Below, piece by piece: positions 27,182 through 30,383 of a stretch of DNA of 30,383 nucleotides; the stretch's first letter is position 1, and every line of letters starts with the position of its first letter. The DNA is taken from the IMG/VR virus record IMGVR_UViG_3300025608_000066, positions 1 to 30,383 of that record. The stretch is one strand, 5' to 3'. The notes under the pieces are model-generated. The model ran no database searches and was not told the origin of the DNA. It saw only the letters and a program-made list of their open reading frames with translations. This DNA is from a virus. Its lineage: Duplodnaviria; Caudoviricetes. A program made the translations under genes and the position numbers.

Positions 27182-27208
27182 AAGGCTCATTTCGGTGGGC
27201 CTTTTTTT
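27182..27208 (+). terminator. Rho-independent terminator in the late leader
   Basis: AAGGCTCAT-TTCG-GTGGGCCTT followed by a T run. Confidence 0.88.
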
Positions 27209-27231
27209 ATACCTAAATATAGGAATCAATC

Positions 27232-27288
27232 ATGGCAGGCAAATGTAAATCAAAAGGCAGAAAAGGCTACGGAAAGAAAGGGAAGTAA
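27232..27288 (+). CDS. 18-aa basic micropeptide
   Basis: MAGKCKSKGRKGYGKKGK. RBS AGGA. Stop lies 2 nt before the next ATG. Confidence 0.55.
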   Translation: MAGKCKSKGRKGYGKKGK

Positions 27289-27290
27289 TA

Positions 27291-27659
27291 ATGACTCCAG
27301 AAGAACAAGCTTATTTATTATCTATCATGGGTAATGATGCAGATGCTGGCATATTCAATGATCCAGAATACCAGTTCAGAAATATGAGAACACCTAACTC
27401 TGTTGTAGACCCTAAGACTGGACAATACTTAGGCGAGTATGAAATGATGCCACAAAGTTTATTAGGTGCTAATCCTGCAAGTGCTCCTGCAATACAAGGA
27501 AGTATGCAAACGATTCCTAGTGGAAACAATCTCGGTGGAGTTACTACAAACCAAGGCATGAGAATGATTGAACAAAATATGGTTAACAGTGGTAACCAAA
27601 TCATTGATCAAAGCAGATTAAATCTAGGTGCGTTACTTAGAAGACTTGGAATGCAGTAA
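27291..27659 (+). CDS. Hypothetical protein
   Basis: 122 aa, rich in M, Q, G and N. Coupled to the next gene. Confidence 0.55.
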   Translation: MTPEEQAYLLSIMGNDADAGIFNDPEYQFRNMRTPNSVVDPKTGQYLGEYEMMPQSLLGANPASAPAIQGSMQTIPSGNNLGGVTTNQGMRMIEQNMVNSGNQIIDQSRLNLGALLRRLGMQ

Positions 27660-27838
27660 TGTCTTTATATGACAACATCCGCAAAAAACGAGACAGAATC
27701 AAAGCAGGTTCAGGGGAAAAAATGCGTGGAAAAAATGACCCAAAAAGACCAACAGCCAAAGACTTCAAAAACGCAGCAAAAACAGCAAAAAACACAACAA
27801 AGAAAAAAACTAAGCGAACTACTAAAAAGCGTGGGTGA
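27659..27838 (+). CDS. Basic K/R-rich protein, 59 aa (not in ORF track)
   Basis: MSLYDNIRKKRDRIKAGSGEKMR...PTAKDFKNAAKTAK, a motif familiar from aquatic phages. Confidence 0.7.
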   Translation: MSLYDNIRKKRDRIKAGSGEKMRGKNDPKRPTAKDFKNAAKTAKNTTKKKTKRTTKKRG

Positions 27839-27847
27839 TTGTATCTA

Positions 27848-27982
27848 ATGTGGAGCTGGCATATATACTTAGGATTTAATTTTGGATTTGAAGCCTACGA
27901 AGGTGAGGTTGATGGTGATCCTGTAGACTATTTTCTTATCAACATAGGATGTATTAGAATCCAACGAGCGGAGTGGGCATAA
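27848..27982 (+). CDS. Small hypothetical protein, 44 aa
   Basis: MWSWHIYLGFNFGFEAYE... TAATG coupling to the next gene. Confidence 0.5.
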   Translation: MWSWHIYLGFNFGFEAYEGEVDGDPVDYFLINIGCIRIQRAEWA

Positions 27983-28236
27983 TGGCAGTTAAAAAGAAAA
28001 AAGTTAATCTGTCAGTTGGTCGAGGTGAAAAGTTACCAGCAAGTCGAGGCGGTGGGCTAACAGCCAAAGGTAGAGCTAAATATAATAAAGCAACAGGAAG
28101 TAAGCTAAAAGCACCAGTCACTGGTAAAGTGAAAGCAGGATCTAAGGATGCAAAGAGAAGGAAGTCATTCTGTGCTAGATCAGCAGGTTGGACAGGTGAA
28201 AGAGGTAAGGCTGCAAGGAAAAGATGGAAGTGTTAG
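27982..28236 (+). CDS. Basic protein, DUF6321-like
   Basis: GGLTAKGR..YN..TGSKLKAP...RRKSFCAR...RWKC. Confidence 0.7.
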   Translation: MAVKKKKVNLSVGRGEKLPASRGGGLTAKGRAKYNKATGSKLKAPVTGKVKAGSKDAKRRKSFCARSAGWTGERGKAARKRWKC

Positions 28237-28457
28237 AAGATAGTCCATGTAATGGTATTTGCCGTATGGAGAAAGTTAATGGACAATATAGATGTGAGTC
28301 TTGTTATAGAGACTACGATGACTTAGCTCAGTGGTTATATATGACTAAGGAAGATAGATTAGAAAGAATGGAACAACTTAAACAAGTAATGACCCATAAT
28401 GGAGTTACAAATGGAAAGAAGCGAATCACAAAAAAAACAACTGGAAGAAGCTCGTAA
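28224..28457 (+). CDS. DUF1289-like Cys-cluster protein
   Basis: SPCNGICRM...CESCYR...W..MT..R. Confidence 0.7.
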   Translation: MEVLEDSPCNGICRMEKVNGQYRCESCYRDYDDLAQWLYMTKEDRLERMEQLKQVMTHNGVTNGKKRITKKTTGRSS

Positions 28458-28722
28458 AAAAGCTGCTGAGAAGAATAAGGGAAATACCCATTCTAGTAAA
28501 AAAAATAGAATATGGGGTGATATTATTCGTAAATTAGCCGTTCAGGAAGATTACAAACGGTTACATGAAATTGCTCATGCTTTATATACAAAAGCATCAG
28601 AGGGAGACATGACAGCAATTAAAGAGCTTGGTGACAGACTAGATGGAAGAGCCGTACAAGAATTAAAAGGTGACTCTGAAAGTCCAGTTATAATTAAAGT
28701 GAATACTGGTATAGAAGACTAA
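28411..28722 (+). CDS. Probable terminase small subunit
   Basis: L..KA.EGDM.AIKELGDRLDGRAVQ. Upstream of TerL. Confidence 0.65.
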   Translation: MERSESQKKQLEEARKKAAEKNKGNTHSSKKNRIWGDIIRKLAVQEDYKRLHEIAHALYTKASEGDMTAIKELGDRLDGRAVQELKGDSESPVIIKVNTGIED

Positions 28723-29174
28723 TGTTATTTTATACATACGCTCACTACAATAAAGACAATAAGCCTATATATATTGGTAAAGGAACTGGAGACAGAGCAT
28801 ATACCAAACGAGATTATGGCGAAGAATATATTGTCAAAATTATAGATGATAATTTATATGAAGCAACAGCATTAGAATTAGAATCATTTTTAATTGAGCA
28901 AATTGGTATAGATAATCTTTATAATAAAGTTGATAACGGTAACAAAGGCAGACAGTTTTTTAAAATAGATTATAAAAATCCATATGATTTTTTAAACACT
29001 ATTGATAAATCAGATACCAGATTAACTCATAACATTATTAAACAATTTTATAGAGATGCTTATCGTGGCAATGTAGATGCGATATTGTTTATATTTAACA
29101 ATTTGCCATCTTACGAACAACCTAAAATCAATGACTTACTTCAGTCATACTCTGGAAAGTCATGGAAGAAATAG
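28722..29174 (+). CDS. GIY-YIG-like endonuclease
   Basis: FYTYAH...PIYIGKG...R...A.ELE..LI...LYN. Confidence 0.75.
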   Translation: MLFYTYAHYNKDNKPIYIGKGTGDRAYTKRDYGEEYIVKIIDDNLYEATALELESFLIEQIGIDNLYNKVDNGNKGRQFFKIDYKNPYDFLNTIDKSDTRLTHNIIKQFYRDAYRGNVDAILFIFNNLPSYEQPKINDLLQSYSGKSWKK

Positions 29175-30383
29175 ATATTGAAATAGGTTACGAACCAAGA
29201 GGTCCGCAAACTTTAATTCACAAAGCAGTTAAAAATACTAGATTTAATGTAGTCGTTGCTCATCGCAGGATGGGTAAAACGGTGAGTGCTATCAATCAGT
29301 TAATACATAGTGCATTAAGATGTGACAAACCTAAGCCTAGATTTGCTTACATTGCACCTACATACAATCAAGCAAAACGAGTGGCATGGGATTATCTGAC
29401 AGAATATACGAGACCATTAGATGCTAAAGCTAATATTGCAGAACTTAGAGTTGATTTTCATGATAGGCGTATATCTTTATACGGTGCTGATAATGTCGAT
29501 TCTTTGCGTGGCATCTATCTTGATGGTGTAGTGATTGACGAGATTGGTGATGTTAATCCTAATCTATTCACAGAAGTAATACGACCAGCTCTGGCTGACC
29601 GAAAAGGTTGGGCAATGTTTATTGGTACACCTAAAGGTGCTAACCACTTTAAAACATTAAGAGATAAAGCTGAAAAGAAAGATGATGGCTGGAACTTATT
29701 AGAGTTTAAAGCTAGTGAAACAAAGATATTAGACCAAGAAGAGTTAGATGCTGCATTCAAAGCAATGGGCGAATCTAAATTCTTACAAGAGTTTGAGTGT
29801 TCATTTGCTGCACCAGTTGAAGGTGCTTACTACGGAACATTAATAAACGACTTATACATAAAAGGTCAGGTAGGTAATGTTCAGCACGATAACATTGCTA
29901 AGACATTCACTGGCTGGGACTTAGGTATGGGTGATTCAACAGCGATCTGGGTAGCTCAGGTTGTTGGTAAAGAGATACATCTTATAGACTTTGTAGAGAA
30001 TCACGGTGTAGGTCTTGATTACTATGTTAACTGGATCAGGGATAACGGTTACACACATGCCGAACACTTATTACCACACGATGTACAAGTAAGAGAGTTA
30101 GGAACAGGTAAATCTCGTAAGGAGATGTTAGAAGAGTCAGGATTAGCAATAACAGTAGTAGCTAAACTAGCAGTTGATGATGGTATACAGGCGGTAAGAC
30201 GGTTGTTACCTAGATGCTGGTTTGATGTAAAAACAAAACAAGGCTTAGATGCTCTGCAAAACTATCGTAGAACTTACGATGATAAAAGAGATGTATTTTT
30301 TGATAAGCCTATACACGATTGGTGTTCCCATGCTTCTGATGCTTTTAGATACCTTGCAGTTGGGTTAGATGAAGGCACAAGTG
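29162..30383 (+). CDS. terL: Terminase large subunit (3' truncated; not in ORF track)
   Basis: HRRMGKT Walker A, LRG..LDGVVIDE Walker B, GTPKG, WDLG..DST and HDWCSHASDAFRY. Open to the window end. Confidence 0.95.
   Translation, partial: MEEIDIEIGYEPRGPQTLIHKAVKNTRFNVVVAHRRMGKTVSAINQLIHSALRCDKPKPRFAYIAPTYNQAKRVAWDYLTEYTRPLDAKANIAELRVDFHDRRISLYGADNVDSLRGIYLDGVVIDEIGDVNPNLFTEVIRPALADRKGWAMFIGTPKGANHFKTLRDKAEKKDDGWNLLEFKASETKILDQEELDAAFKAMGESKFLQEFECSFAAPVEGAYYGTLINDLYIKGQVGNVQHDNIAKTFTGWDLGMGDSTAIWVAQVVGKEIHLIDFVENHGVGLDYYVNWIRDNGYTHAEHLLPHDVQVRELGTGKSRKEMLEESGLAITVVAKLAVDDGIQAVRRLLPRCWFDVKTKQGLDALQNYRRTYDDKRDVFFDKPIHDWCSHASDAFRYLAVGLDEGTS

Noticed and set aside
27135-27208. tRNA or known riboswitch
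   Set aside because: No cloverleaf, TTCGA T-loop or recognisable aptamer consensus. Kept only as a leader RNA.
27848-27982. MW...FGFE peptide as a second pqqA-like precursor
   Set aside because: It has E-x-Y rather than E-x3-Y, lacks KP and is twice the length of PqqA.

Overview
About 30 kb of an AT-rich tailed dsDNA phage genome, most likely a podovirus-like phage of a marine or freshwater Methylophilaceae (OM43/Methylopumilus-like) host. The host is inferred from an unannotated pqqA gene. Layout: (1-14.6 kb, +) tail fibres, three glycine-rich adhesins, an S74 fibre, a tail nozzle protein, a 2OG-Fe(II) oxygenase and ejection proteins; (14.7-18.5 kb, +) a lysis region that encloses three exported or membrane genes of unknown function; (18.6-22.3 kb, -) an early recombination operon (SSAP, YqaJ exonuclease, ParB-like, SSB-like, DUF3310) with a stand-alone pqqA cassette on the opposite strand; (22.5-26.4 kb, +) Cro-like, initiator, DnaB-like helicase, Nin-like genes and a Q-like protein; two leftward early genes; a pR'/tR'-like late promoter and leader; basic microproteins; and the terminase genes, with TerL truncated by the window end. 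No integrase, CI repressor, tRNA, rRNA or CRISPR array was seen. All protein calls are from motif recognition by eye; no searches were run.
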